Of a DNA stretch of 64,000 nt, positions 51,813-63,274 are shown piece after piece. The notes beneath the pieces were generated by a model. It had not been told where the DNA came from and did no database searches. It worked only from the letters and a program-made list of their open reading frames with translations. Within the stretch, counting starts at the first letter, position 1. Each line of letters begins with the position of its first letter. Both the position numbers and the translations under genes were made by a program. The stretch comes from Eledone cirrhosa (lineage: Eukaryota): assembly GCA_964016885.1 (NCBI GenBank), contig OZ024741.1, forward strand, positions 195,610,001-195,674,000, in the 5' to 3' direction.

Positions 51813-53302
51813 CTATGCTAAACCCATGGCCTCCAAATACCTGATACTCAAAAACTATGCTAAACCCATGGCCTCCAAATACCTGATACTCAAAAACTCA
51901 GCAATGTCCAGTAGTGCTAAGTTTAATATTCTGATCGCAGATTTGGTACGAGTGATGAAGAATGTGTCCAGCTTGTGCGACCCAACAGAAATGGAAGGAC
52001 ACATCCAACACTTCATCAACCGCATGCAGTTCTCTGGCTACAACCAAAGAGACAGAGTCAGAGTATACGAAGGAGCCATGGAAAAGTATAAGACCCTCAT
52101 AGAACTGGACATGAAAGGAATTTGCCCACTATACAGGAGCAAATCATGGAATAGCTTAGATAGGACTAGACATAAGATAGGGAAGGCCACATCATGGTAC
52201 GACAACCAGAGATATCAGAGTGTCATGTTTGTGGACGCCACCCCTGGAGGGAAATTAGCTAACCAGTGTAGAAAGGCCCTGAGAAAGACCCACTTAAAAA
52301 TAAAGGTGGTAGAAAAGCCAGGAACCACCATAAAATCCCTGATCAGCAAAACCTACCCTTTTAAGAAAACCCACTGTACCAATAGGAAGTGTATCATATG
52401 TAAGGTGAACCCCCGGATAAACTGTAAAACTAGAAACGTAGTCTATAGCATAAGATGTACAGAGGGTACTTGCAGAAACATGACAACAACATACATAGGT
52501 GAGACAGCTCGTAGCATAGGTGAAAGGATAGACCAACACTGGGGGGAACTAAAAGGACGAAAAAACGGGTCAGTACTATACGAACATGCTAGACAACAAC
52601 ATGACGGTAACATAGACAACATAGAAATTAGAATAATATCTAAACATAGGAATGACCCAGCAGATAGGCAAATCAGAGAGGCCAGTGAAATAGAAATTAG
52701 AAGACCAAAGCTAAACAGAAAGAATGAGTGGAACAACAACAACACCCAAACAAACAACACTGACCTAAGAGAAGTATAAATAAGTAAATAAAATAAAATA
52801 AAATAAGATAAATAAATACATACACAAGCACAATAACAACAAGCACATAAACACACACTAGTCACCCAGCAGACACAACACTATACACACTAGTCACACA
52901 TCACACATAACACTATACACACACGCAAACACATGAGCAAAGAAGACAAAATAAAATAAGATAAACAAACAAGCAAATAAATAAATAAATATATAGACAG
53001 ACTGAATAAAAAATGGCGTAGACATACAACACAACAGGAGGAACAATGAATATAACACCACTGACGATGTTGCAGATGTGCAACGAAAGATTTATGTAAA
53101 TTATGTAAACTATATATATGTGTTTGTGTCTATATTGTATCTGTATTATTTTTGACCGTCGGTCAGTCAATGGCAACATTGAGGACCGAGTAAGTTAGAC
53201 CGCAGATATAAAAGACAGCGAGAAGCGAAAACCAACCAAACAGTGAGTGTGTTCTGTTATTAATTCTGGCAATATTACGCAAATATGACCCTCCCCAAAT
53301 AT

Positions 53303-53310
<8 letters not shown>
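51813..53310 (+). mobile_element. 5'-truncated Penelope-like element: RT thumb, Cys-rich linker, GIY-YIG endonuclease and 3' UTR
   Basis: Open frame to 52779 with VMFVDATPGG, C..C..C...C, VVYSIRC...YIGETARS...R..QH, H...H, RQIREA and LNRKNEW. Confidence 0.88.
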
Positions 53311-53340
<30 letters not shown>

Positions 53341-53632
53341 TTACATATATTTATATATATATATATATCATAAATCATGTCCTTAGAATTATTAGATAAA
53401 ATATATACCATTTCCTCTCCCAATTAGCATAATTAATCATATAAAAAATCAATTAGACCAGGCTATAAGAATAAAGGCTCCTATGAAGAAATATTTGATA
53501 AATAACCGAAAGCGGCCTCTTCACGTTGACCCCAATAGAGTATTTACCCAACATTTCAACAGCATGTAGAAACTGACTAAATATACCGTCAACCATACAC
53601 AATTAGGTGTAAATTTAAACTTAGAAGAAACA

Positions 53633-53679
<47 letters not shown>

Positions 53680-53925
53680 AAATGGGGAGAAGAATACTGC
53701 AGGTTGCACATGGATAACATGTAATAAAATGAGTCCCTCATCAGTGATTTGCCGACGATCATAGATATTTCATTATATATATATATACATATATATATAT
53801 ATACTTATATTTATATATATACATATATATATACTTATATTTATATATATATATATACTTATATTTATATATATATATATACTTATATATATATATATAT
53901 ACTTATATTTATATATATATACTTA

Positions 53926-53978
<53 letters not shown>

Positions 53979-54013
53979 TTATATTTATATATATATATAT
54001 ATATATATACTTA

Positions 54014-54048
<35 letters not shown>

Positions 54049-54051
54049 TTA

Positions 54052-54126
<75 letters not shown>

Positions 54127-54195
54127 TTATATTTATATATATATATATATATATACTTATATTTATATATATATATATACATATATATATACTTA

Positions 54196-54234
<39 letters not shown>

Positions 54235-54237
54235 TTA

Positions 54238-54280
<43 letters not shown>

Positions 54281-54303
54281 TTATATTTATATATATATAT
54301 ATA

Positions 54304-54335
<32 letters not shown>

Positions 54336-54521
54336 AGTATGGCCTTCTAATTTCTATTTCACTGGCCTCTCTGATTTGCCTATCTGCTGGGTCATTTCTA
54401 TGTTTAGATAGTATTCTAATTTCTATGTTGTCTATGTTACCATCGAGTTGTTGTCTGGCATGTTCATATAGTATAAATAAATAAATAAATATATATATAT
54501 AAATAAATAAATATATATATG

Positions 54522-54559
<38 letters not shown>

Positions 54560-54586
54560 TAAGTATATATATATATATAAATATAA

Positions 54587-54623
<37 letters not shown>

Positions 54624-54676
54624 TAAGTATATATATATATATATAAATATAAGTATATATATATATATAAATATAA

Positions 54677-54713
<37 letters not shown>

Positions 54714-54947
54714 TAAGTATATATATATATGTATGTATATATATATATATATATATATGTGTACACGTTTCTTCTCAGTTTAAATTTACACCTAATTGTG
54801 TATGGTTGACGATATATTTAGTCAGTTTCTACATGCTGTTGAAATGTTGGGTAAATACTCTATTGGAGTCAACGCGAAGAGGCCGCTTTCGGTTATTTAT
54901 AAATATATATATATATATATTTACATATATATTTACATATATATATT

Positions 54948-55025
<78 letters not shown>

Positions 55026-55075
55026 CATATATATATTTATTTATTTATATATATATATTTATTTATTTATTTATA
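53305..55075. repeat. Long interrupted (TA)n field with inverted Penelope-derived segments
   Basis: 53498-53640 is inverted at 54758-54901. 54340-54540 is inverted at ~55000-55198. Confidence 0.85.
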
Positions 55076-55468
55076 CTATATGAACATGCCAGACAACAAC
55101 TCGACGGTAACATAGAAATTAGAATACTATCTAAACATAGAAATGACCCAGCAGATAGGCAAATCAGAGAGGCCAGTGAAATAGAACTTAGAAGGCCAAG
55201 GCTAAACAGAAAAAATGAATGGAATAACAACAACACGCAAACAAACTGTGGGTATGGTGTGGCGTGCGGTGGCCGTAATCGAAGGAGTGCTCGACCGGAA
55301 GGGCCAGCAGATGGGCCTCTCCCTAGTGGTGACCAGCAACGGTGTGGACGCGAGTTCTGGCAGCTCCCGGTGTTAAGGAGCTGGACGCACGTGGAAGAGG
55401 AGAAACCAGCAGTGGGATTTAGCGGCGCCTATGAAAAGTGGTAAGTGAGATAGCTTTTTTTAACCACA

Positions 55469-55480
55469 AGCTATTTCGGC
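55469..55480 (+). promoter_or_regulatory. Non-canonical primer-binding site complementary to tRNA-Phe nt 1-12
   Basis: AGCTATTTCGGC directly abuts the LTR. Its reverse complement GCCGAAATAGCT is the 5' end of animal tRNA-Phe(GAA), recalled from known sequences. Confidence 0.7.
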
Positions 55481-55593
55481 ACTGGAAACTGAGATCTGAT
55501 TGAAAAAAAAAAAAAAAAAAAAAAAGCTACTGGGAAAACAGAGAGGAATTTGTATTTTTTTTTTTTATCACGTACCGCAAGACAAATTAGAAA

Positions 55594-56354
55594 ATGGCGA
55601 AAAGACTACGAACAAGCGAAGCGATCAGGACATTTACCGGTGAAGGTGATGTTGTCGCTTGGCTGCGAAAAGTCCGGCTGGTCGCAAGCTTGCAGAAGAT
55701 AGAAGATGTGGCTGGCCTGATGGCACTCTACCTCGAGGGGGACGCGTTGGTACTCTTCCTTGAGTTGGACGAACACAGCCAAAGAGATGCGCAAAAGATT
55801 GAGAGGCGCATGATGGAAGCGTTCGCAGAGGGACCGTTAGCCGCTTTCGCTAAGCTGGCAAGAATTAGATGGAACGGTGAACCTGTTGACATTTTCGCAG
55901 CGGAAATACGGCGATTGGCCATGTTGGCTGGATATCAGGTGGAATGCGAGCGCACGGTGCGGTTGGCGTTCATAAATGGATTTCCAGACGACATAGCGGT
56001 GAAACTGCAGCAAGTCCCGGGTTACAAAGAAATGGAAATGCGTTCACTAGTGGAACAAGTCCGGATCATAGCAGAAGATGCCAAGAAGAGTGTTGCGGCG
56101 ATAGCAACTACAAAGGCTCAAGACAGCTGGCAGCGAAATGGTGAAAGGGAGGCAACTACGGCACGCGGTCGCCCGCGAACGTTTAGAGGTCGCTGTTTTC
56201 GGTGCCAGGGCCCGCACATGGCTAGAGACTGCAAAAAGTCAAGCCGGAAATAATATGCTACCGGTGTAAGCGACCAGGCCACATCATTACTAACTGCGAC
56301 CAGGGAAACGATCCAAGGGGAACTACTGCGCCGGTAGTTGCCCCTTACGTGTAG
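55594..56354 (+). pseudogene. gag: gag with two zinc knuckles (one frameshift at ~56245)
   Basis: FTGEGDVVAWL and CFRCQGPHMARDC, then after a frame change CYRCKRPGHIITNC-DQGN. Slippery G GGA AAC at 56303-56309 is in phase, with pol in the -1 frame. Confidence 0.85.
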
Positions 56355-59130
56355 AGGCGCTGTCCATGGTGGAAGTCTTCGTGAGAGGAAAGCCACAGCG
56401 AGTCCTCGTGGACACGGGCTGTACGACGATACTGGTGACTGCGGGAGTGGCACAGAGGTGGAGAGGGAAGAGCAGCGTAAGGGCAGTCGACGGTAGGAAA
56501 ATTGAATGCCGAGGTCGCAGCGAGGTGGAGATGGCGGTACGGGGAAGGAAAATAAGGCTTTCTGCTATCGTAGTCGACAACGTGGTGGATGGGATCGGCG
56601 TGGTTATGGGCATGGACGCAATTGGCCGTCTAGGAGGCGTCACAGTGAACAACGTCGATGTGTCGTTTGGCGCCGCTGCATCGGTATGCGCTGTGAGTAC
56701 GCGACAGGAGAACCAGAAGGCCCACGGGGAGAAATACCCCGCTTACACTGTGCAGGACAAAGACTTCAAGGCCATGTTCGATGGGCAGCGATGGGTTGTT
56801 GAGTGGTACTGGAAGGGAGAACCACCAACACTGAAGACAAAAGTGGGCTGCTATCAACACACATTGAAGGGAGACATTAGGAGCAAGTTCTAGCGAGAGG
56901 TAGAGAGATGGATTGAGGAGGGCATACTGCTTCCCTGGAAAGAGGAGGTGAAGTGCGGAGTATTGCCGTTAATGGCGGTGGTGCAACCCACGAAGAACAA
57001 GGTGAGGCCTGTGCTGGACTTTCGGGAGCTGAACGAGCACGTGTCATGCCACACGGGTGGCGAGGTCACGGATATCTGTGGGGAAACCCTGCGTGAGTGG
57101 AGACGCATGACGGGGGGGTTCAGCAATCGTAAATCTAAAGTCGGCATACTTGCAATTGCATATAGATGAGAAGCTCTGGCAGTATCAGCTGGTCAGGTAT
57201 AAGGGCCGGACATATTGCCTGACCAGGCTCGGTTTCGGGCTGAGCTCCGCACCGAAGATCATGGCGGCGGTCCTCAAGACCATTCTGGGAAAGGCCGACA
57301 AGATGAAGAGGGCCACTAACTCCTACATTGACGACATCCTAGTGGACGAGTCGGTGGCGGAGGTCACGAGCCATTTACAGGGGTATGGACTGGCTGTGAA
57401 GCCGTCAGAAGCGTTGGAGGGAGGAGTCGCGCTGGGACTTAGGCTACGGCGAGACAGGACAGGCGTCTTGGTATTCCAGAGGGGAAATGAAGTTCCAGAA
57501 CTAGGCCCAAGTATGAGTAGGCGGGAGGTTTTCTCAGTGTGTGGAAAGTTGGTGGGTCACTACCCGATTGCTGGGTGGCTCCGGACGGCATGCAGCTATG
57601 TCAAGAGACGAGCGGGAAGAGTGACTTGGAGTGACAGAGTGGGAGAGAGGACGGTGGTCATGATGCAGGAGATCGTGGGGAGGGTGAAGGCCGACGACCC
57701 AGTGCGGGGACGCTGGTATGTTCCCAAATCACAGAGCGGGTGCGATGCCAGCAGCATAGCGCTGGGTGTCACGTTGGAGATAGGAGGTGTTGAGGTCGAG
57801 GATGCAGCCTGGCTTAGGAAGAAGGACGACTGCAACCACATCAATGTGGAACTGGACGCAGTGTTGAGAGGGGTGAACCTCGCCCTGAGGTGGGGACTGC
57901 GCACCATCGAGATACGCACCGACTCGGCTACTGTACTCGGATGGGTGAGATCAGTGCTCACCAGTGAGAAAAGAGTGCGAACGAGAGGGGCGGCGGAGAT
58001 GCTGATAAAGCGCCGCCCAGGAACTTTAGGAGAGCTGGCCACCGAGTTCGACCTGAGGCTGAGCGTAGTTTTCGAGCCCTCAGAGAAAAATAAGGCGGCC
58101 GTCTTAACTAGGGTGAAGAAAGCCTGGATGGAAGCGCCGGAGGACGTAGAAGATGATATAGCTGCCGTGTGTTGGCTGACCGAGTCGGATCTGAAAGGGT
58201 TGCATGACATGCACCACATGGGAGTGGATAGGAGCCTGTTCCTAGCCAGGAGAATCGACTCGGACGTTAACAGACACAGTGTTCAAAGGGTGGTTAGAGG
58301 CTGGGTTCGATGTCAGTCCATTGATCCCGCTCCGTGTGTGCACGAAACGGGACCCTCCCGGTGGATCGCGATTGGCGGTTGATGTAACGCACTACCGACA
58401 GGGAACGTACCTCTCGATGGTCGACTGTGGACCAGGGCGGATGGCGATATGGAGGGAGATGAAGACTGGAACGGCCGAGGAAATCATGAGGACGTTGAGA
58501 GAGGTGTTCTGGGAGCGGGGCCCTGTGGACGAACTGCTGATAAACAACAGCGCAGCGTTCCGCTCGGAGGAGCTGAGGGAGATGCTCGATGGATGGAAGG
58601 TGGACCGTTTCTTCAGAGCAGCGCACAGGCCGAGCGGGAATGGAATTGTGGAGCGACACCACCGGACGATCAAGGCAATGGCGGAGCGGGGCCATATCTC
58701 ACCAATGGAGGCAGTGTTCTGGTACAACATGTCCCCTCGGGTGGGACAGGTCGAGGAATCGGTGCCACACAGAGCAGTATTCAGATACGAGTGGCGGCAC
58801 CTGTGCACGCCACCACAATGGCCAGTGGGGAGAGAGAGTGCATTCGTGCAGGTGGGCGAAGAAGTCTGGGTTAAGCCCCCAGATGCACGTTGCACATCTC
58901 AATGGGGAAGGGGAACGGTGACGGCCGTAAATTCCCAGAACAATGTGTACGTGGACGGAGTACCACGTCATGTCCTGGATGTCTGTAGAATCACTGTGTC
59001 AACGGACTCCGAGGAAGAGGAAACCAAAAGTGCCGCCCCAACACTGCGGAGATCGCAAAGAAGTCGCAAACCACCAACCTGGACAGCAGACTTTCATATG
59101 CAGAAGGACGAGGGGGAAATTGATCCTTGA
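56305..59130 (+). pseudogene. pol: pol (PR, RT, RNase H, integrase), disrupted
   Basis: LVDTGC, RPVLDFRELN, LGFGLSSAP, YIDD, CDAS...HINVELDA...RTDS, AVDVTH and GNGIVERHH. Stop at 56891 and frameshifts near 57120 and 58360. Confidence 0.9.
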
Positions 59131-59945
59131 GATCAGGGGGGCGTGTGGGTATGGTGTGGCATGCGGTGGCTGGAAGCGGGGGAGTGCTCGACCGGAAGGG
59201 TGCTTGGCCGGAAGGATGCTCGACTTGAAGGGCCAGAATATCGGCCTCTCTCTAGTGGTGACCAGCAACGGTGTGGACGCGAGTTCTGGTAGCTCCCGGT
59301 GTTAAGGAGCTGGACGCACGTGGAAGAGGAGAAACCAGCAGTGGGATTTAGCGGCGCCTATGAAAAGCGGTAAGTGAGATAGCTTTTTCTAACCACACAA
59401 ACAACATTGACCTAAGAGAAGTATAAATAAATAGATAAATAAATACACACACAAGCACAATAACAACACACACATATAAACACACACTAGTAAAGATAGA
59501 ATACATTAACCAATACACAGTCACCCAATCACGAACACACATCAAACAAAACACTATACACACACGCAAACGCATGCGCAAAGAAGACAAAATAAAATAA
59601 ACAAATAAATAAATATATAAACAGACTAAATAAAGATGGCGTAGAAAATACAATGCAACGGGAGGAAACAATAGCACCACTGACGATGTTGCAGATGTGC
59701 AACGAAAGAACTTTGATAAACTATATATATGTGTTTGTGTCTATATTGTATCTGTATTTTTTACCGTTGGTCAGTCAATGGCAACATTGAGGACCGAATA
59801 AATTAGATTACCGATATAAAGGACACAGAAGCGAAAACCAACCAAACAGTGAGTGTGTTCTGTTATTAATTCTGGCAATATTACACAAATATGACCCTCC
59901 CCAAGTATAACAATATATATATATAAATATATGTAAATATATATA

Positions 59946-60051
<106 letters not shown>

Positions 60052-60153
60052 AATATATATATATATATGTGTATATATATATATATGAGGGAATGAACTC
60101 TGTGAATGAACATTGCTAATTTCCTCCCTCATATCAAGAATTTGAAGACAATT

Positions 60154-60240
60154 CATTTTCACCTGATGAGATCAGTGATAATTGATCATGGCTTCACGAT
60201 CGATCTATCTCTTATTGAAACATGTGTCGTGATTAAAATG
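60154..60240 (+). ncRNA. Type I hammerhead ribozyme with an extended stem II region
   Basis: CATTTTCAC-CTGATGA-(47 nt containing GATCA/TGATC and GATCGATC)-GAAAC-ATGT-GTC^GTGA(tt)AAAATG. It follows a Penelope-like ...EGMN...stop end. Confidence 0.72.
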
Positions 60241-60406
60241 AGTGGAAATTTTACCTTGCCTTCGGATTTTCATTTTGATACTAATACTCCGTTTTACATC
60301 ATCTAGCTGTTCCCTTGAATGGAATTGTAGATATACTAAAGCGTGGAGAACTTAATATTGCTAACAAAGATTTATTGGACCGTTTTGCACAACCAATAAT
60401 ATACCT

Positions 60407-60446
<40 letters not shown>

Positions 60447-60447
60447 T

Positions 60448-61766
60448 ATATTTAGAAACACACAGATACATGCGGACACACACATATACATGAATGTATC
60501 CACATCCATCCTTGAGTTAATGGTGCCAACCTTAACCGATGTTGCTCTATGAATAACTGGGACAGACCAATCCGGTTGGATTAGACTGAACCAGTATCAG
60601 AGCTAAAAGTACATTATGAAGAGAGAAGAAACATTTAGATATAATTAGTAATAAAATGTATCATACCTAAACTGCTCCTAGATTCCTCGACTACGTAGTT
60701 TCGTGGCATAAACAAAAACAATACATCATAAAGATATAGAGCTTTTGCGAGGTCTGCCGACTTATCAAGAGGATACCTCGTTTTACTAGCTTCAAGAACG
60801 CGTCTATATGATGTGAGAAAGAATCCCAAAAGGCGGAGGGGGAGATAGTCACGTGATACAACGGTCAAGAAACAGAGCTAAGCCTCTTATAACCCCGAAA
60901 AAAATACCACGGAGGCGGAGGGGGTATTTATATCGAAGCCGTAGAAGAGGTGGTGAAGGAGGCGAGAAGTATGAGTAATGGCAGCTTTCCAGCAGTCACC
61001 ACACTTCAAAGATTACTCGACCAGAGGGAGTTATGAACAATATATTTAGAAACACACAGTTACATGCGGACACACACATATACATGAATGTATCCACATC
61101 CATCCTTGAGTTAATGGTGCCAACCTTAACCGATGTTGCTCTATGAATAACTGGGACAGACCAATCCGGTTGGATTAGACTGAACCAGTATCAGAGCTAA
61201 AAGTACATTATGAAGAGAGAAGAAACATTTAGATATAATTAGTAATAAAATGTATCATACCTAAACTCTCCTAGATTCCTCGACTACGTAGTTTCGTGGA
61301 GCAACATCGGTTAAGGTTGCACCATTAACTCAAGGATGGATGTGGATACATTCATGTATATGTGTGTGTCCGCATGTATCTGTGTGTTTCTAAATATATT
61401 GTTCATAACTCCCTCTGGTCGAGTAATCTTTGAAGTGTGGTGACTGCTGGAAAGCTGCCATTACTCATACTTCTCTCCCCCTTCACCACCTCTTCTACGG
61501 CTTCGATATAAATACCCCCTCCGCCTCCGTGGTATTTTTTTCGGGGCTATAAGAGGCTTAGCTCTGTTTCTTGACCGTTGTATCACGTGACTATCTCTCC
61601 CTCCGCCTTTTGGGATTCTTTCTCACATCATATAGACGCGTTCTTGAAGCCAGTAAAACGAGGTATCCTCTTGATAAGTCGGCAGACCTCGCAAAAGCTC
61701 TATATCTTTATGATGTATTGTTTTTGTTTATGCCACGAAACTACGTAGTCGAGGAATCTAGGAGCA
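60448..61766. repeat. 593-bp tandem repeat (~1.4 units) followed by an inverted copy
   Basis: The unit starts at 60448 and restarts at 61041, running to ~61298. 61299-61766 is the reverse complement of ~60672-61141. Confidence 0.92.
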
Positions 61767-61851
61767 GATATAAACACTTAGAAAGCTGTTGCTATGCAAA
61801 AACACTGGCAGCTATCACCACCAGGTGGTGTCCAGCAGAAACAAGGGCGAC

Positions 61852-61897
61852 AATCGTCGATGTATTTCGAACTTAGCTGGTTCTCATCAGTACAATC
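61852..61897 (-). ncRNA. Minimal hammerhead ribozyme, partly degenerate
   Basis: Minus strand reads GATTGTA-CTGATGA-GAAC-cagctaa-GTTC-GAAA-TACATC^GACGATT. Confidence 0.6.
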
Positions 61898-62639
61898 CCT
61901 CCCACTCTTGAAACTGGTGGACTTTGAAAACAGGCGAGAATATATGGTTTTCTCGTCTGTGTAAATGAGGTGATTAATCTCATTTGCACATGAATCTGCA
62001 TATAAATTGGCTCAACTTATAATAGAATAGAATTAGAATTTAGCTATGAGCATAGCTGTATACAGATATGTATTGGAATTTCGTATTTCTAAAGAAATAC
62101 ACTGATTAATTTTATTTGCATATGAAACTGTATAAGTTGACTCAACTTATAATAGAATAGGAGAATGCTTGAAGCTAACTTCTTGAAGCATTGTTGAATA
62201 GGAAATATAAATTTAAATAAGTTTAAAAGCCTTAAATGCATTGAAAATTAAAGGTGCCAAGATAGCAATAGAATTTTACCGTAGCAAATTTAATTATCCC
62301 AAATATTTTGGGGTTTAAAAACCCATTATCAAGAGAGGATCCGTGTGAAGGTCTTCAAAGATCAGTCGGAGATGGGTTGTTGTTTGGCTAGCAGATTTAA
62401 ATTAAATGTAAGGAAAAGACATAAAAATTTCGAGCAGGCGAGTTGTGAAATGTGTGAGAATAAGTGTTTGATATAAACTTACACTCACGCCCACGCATAC
62501 ATACATCATGCACATACTTTCATAAGTCTACCACTATGCACACTTACATTCACACACACATATGCACTTGATAGGTCCGACATTTACACAATCTGGTACA
62601 CATCGTTATCTGGTGATTAATCCATGTGATCGTGGGTTA

Positions 62640-62990
62640 TCCAGTGAACTATCCAGTGAGTAGATATGTTTGAAACAACACAAACAGAACATTTTTTGTG
62701 TGTAAGCAGGAGGACAGTATTTCCTCCTGAGAGTTCAAGAATTTGTTTGATGAGGCTAGGATATTTAGTTTTTCAGTGGTACATAAGTGGCATCTCATGC
62801 CTCGTCCATTGTAGGCTTTTGCCTTTGCCACAATACTCCACTTGGTGGTAGGGTTGTCAACCCACTGTCTTTCAATTGCCAAATATATTTTGACAGAGAT
62901 ATTGAATTCTGTAATCATCAGTTGTTGAATGTATACAGATGTTGAGAAAAGTAAGATTTAAATGTATTTCCAGTAAGTCTAAAAACTACA
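62640..62990 (-). mobile_element. Penelope GIY-YIG C-terminal remnant
   Basis: KWSIVAKAKAY...CHLCTTEKLNIL...LNSQEEILSSCLH. Confidence 0.75.
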
Positions 62991-63274
62991 TTGCGCTTCT
63001 TCTCTCATATAGATTTTGCTTTTATCTCTTCAAATTAGATTTTAAAAAAAAGAAAAACCAATAATAAGTTGTCTTTATACATTTATGTATCATTTGTCAT
63101 AGACTTGAATTTATATATTTATATGTTCGTCTTAGACTTGATTTTTTTCTCACTTACTGTTTTTCTAGAAAGACATCAGTATGTATGTACAGACCCGTAA
63201 CTTCTTGATCTCAGCAGAATTTGAACACAGAAAGATTGGAAAAAGTAATAAAAATATTAAAAATAAAAAACGGT

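Larger units (their letters stand above)
55247..59397 (+). mobile_element. Compact (4.15 kb) divergent LTR retrotransposon with Ty3/Gypsy domain order
   Basis: LTRs 55247-55468 and 59144-59397 (TG...CA). 5-bp TSD CAAAC at 55242-55246 and 59398-59402. PPT AGGGGGG at ~59135-59141. Order gag-PR-RT-RH-IN. Confidence 0.95.
55074..59910 (+). mobile_element. Second Penelope pseudo-LTR copy, split by the LTR element
   Basis: 55074-55246 plus 59403-59910 is collinear with 52574-53310. Confidence 0.88.

Noticed and set aside
53735-53750. Minus-strand CTGATGA core
   Set aside because: No downstream GAAA or stem III was found before the microsatellite.
53749-54336. 195-aa YIYI-rich ORF and similar ORFs at 1228-1694, 7854-8257, 26511-26880 and 59881-60162
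   Set aside because: These are translations of (TA)n or (GA)n microsatellites, not genes.
57596-58895. Long antisense ORFs (207 and 167 aa) over pol
   Set aside because: These are shadow frames of a GC-rich coding strand with no motifs.
60544-60603. Possible variant hammerhead (GCTCT-ATGAATA...GAACCAGTATC-AGAGC) in the 593-bp unit
   Set aside because: An A3-U8 covariant is conceivable, but GAAA is incomplete and stem III is unclear, so it is not supportable by eye.
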